Part shown: positions 63,571 to 64,000 of the stretch, in pieces
How positions within the stretch are numbered: position 1 is the first letter of the stretch
Layout of the letters: the number at the start of each line of letters is the position of its first letter
NCBI RefSeq assembly: GCF_006345805.1
Contig: NC_042999.1
Span: 119,660,001 to 119,724,000 of the forward strand
From: Octopus sinensis
Lineage: Eukaryota
DNA: 64,000 nucleotides
Reading direction: 5' to 3'
Translations under genes and position numbers: made by a program
The notes under the pieces: generated by a model
Seen by the model: the letters and a program-made list of their open reading frames with translations, nothing else
Databases searched by the model: none
Told to the model about the DNA's origin: nothing

Positions 63571-63609
63571 CCATCGTCGTCGTCGTCATCATCATCATCA
63601 TCATCATCA

Positions 63610-63656
<47 letters not shown>

Positions 63657-63824
63657 TTGCATTATGAATTCAGAATTGATTTTCCAATTAAAAAGTAAAT
63701 TGTATCCCAATTGAAGAATAAATTGAATTTAGAATAACAAATTTCTATACAACATATTTTGCTGTTTTCTTCTAATACATAAGGAAAAATTTAATTCCCG
63801 GGCAACGCCAGCCGCCTCTGCTAG
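61365..63824 (+). mobile_element. Internally deleted Helitron with degraded helicase and 3' CTAG
   Basis: FLDAPGGTGKT (Walker A) at 62325-62357; GGRTAHSAFKLPL; FIWDKYAMSHK; IMLLRNLDPPKLCN...FIPRIPIKPTDMPF. Degenerate hairpin cccgggcaacgcc, then CTAG at 63821-63824 followed by T. Confidence 0.85.
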
Positions 63825-64000
63825 TATATATATAAAATAGACGTGTGTGTGTATGAGTGTGTGTATACGCTTTTCACGCGAAAATGGCTGAGCGATTTGG
63901 TTCCATACTTGGGATGCATAAATAATTTGACCTCGGATACATAATAGACTCCATTTTATTTTTTATTAAAAATAAATAATATTGTTCTATATATATTATA
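63825..64000 (+). mobile_element. 5' region of a second, related Helitron copy (runs off window)
   Basis: Homologous to 61370-61530: cttttcac..gaaaa.ggct, catacttg.gatgcat.aataattt.acctcgga, ttaaaaataaa..aatattg. Confidence 0.7.

Overview
AT-rich, extremely microsatellite-rich metazoan genomic DNA. The repeat families and (TA)n/(CA)n/(ATT)n density look like an octopus or other coleoid cephalopod genome; this is my recognition, not a database result. I found no host protein-coding exon, rRNA, true tRNA or CRISPR array, and almost all ORFs in the supplied track are translations of simple repeats. The window is a nested transposon graveyard. It holds at least 8 R4/Dong-type non-LTR fragments stacked in (TAA)n arrays, Tx1/L1-like ORF1 and ORF2 pieces, CR1/Jockey-like and RTE-like RT remnants, two Helitron helicase remnants with CTAG 3' ends, a Tigger/pogo transposase remnant, hAT, mariner and unclassified MITEs, a Gypsy integrase tail, three or four SINE families, a four-copy ~540-bp unclassified element, and a ~1.37-kb tandem duplication. 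The best-supported novel-looking structure is a Penelope-like element at 16510-17931. Two 151-bp inverted repeats (150/151 identical) each contain a complete type I hammerhead ribozyme core and enclose an open 315-codon reading frame ending in a GIY-YIG endonuclease domain. TIR, TSD, hairpin and ribozyme coordinates were counted base by base; boundaries of degraded repeats are approximate (about +/-20-50 bp).
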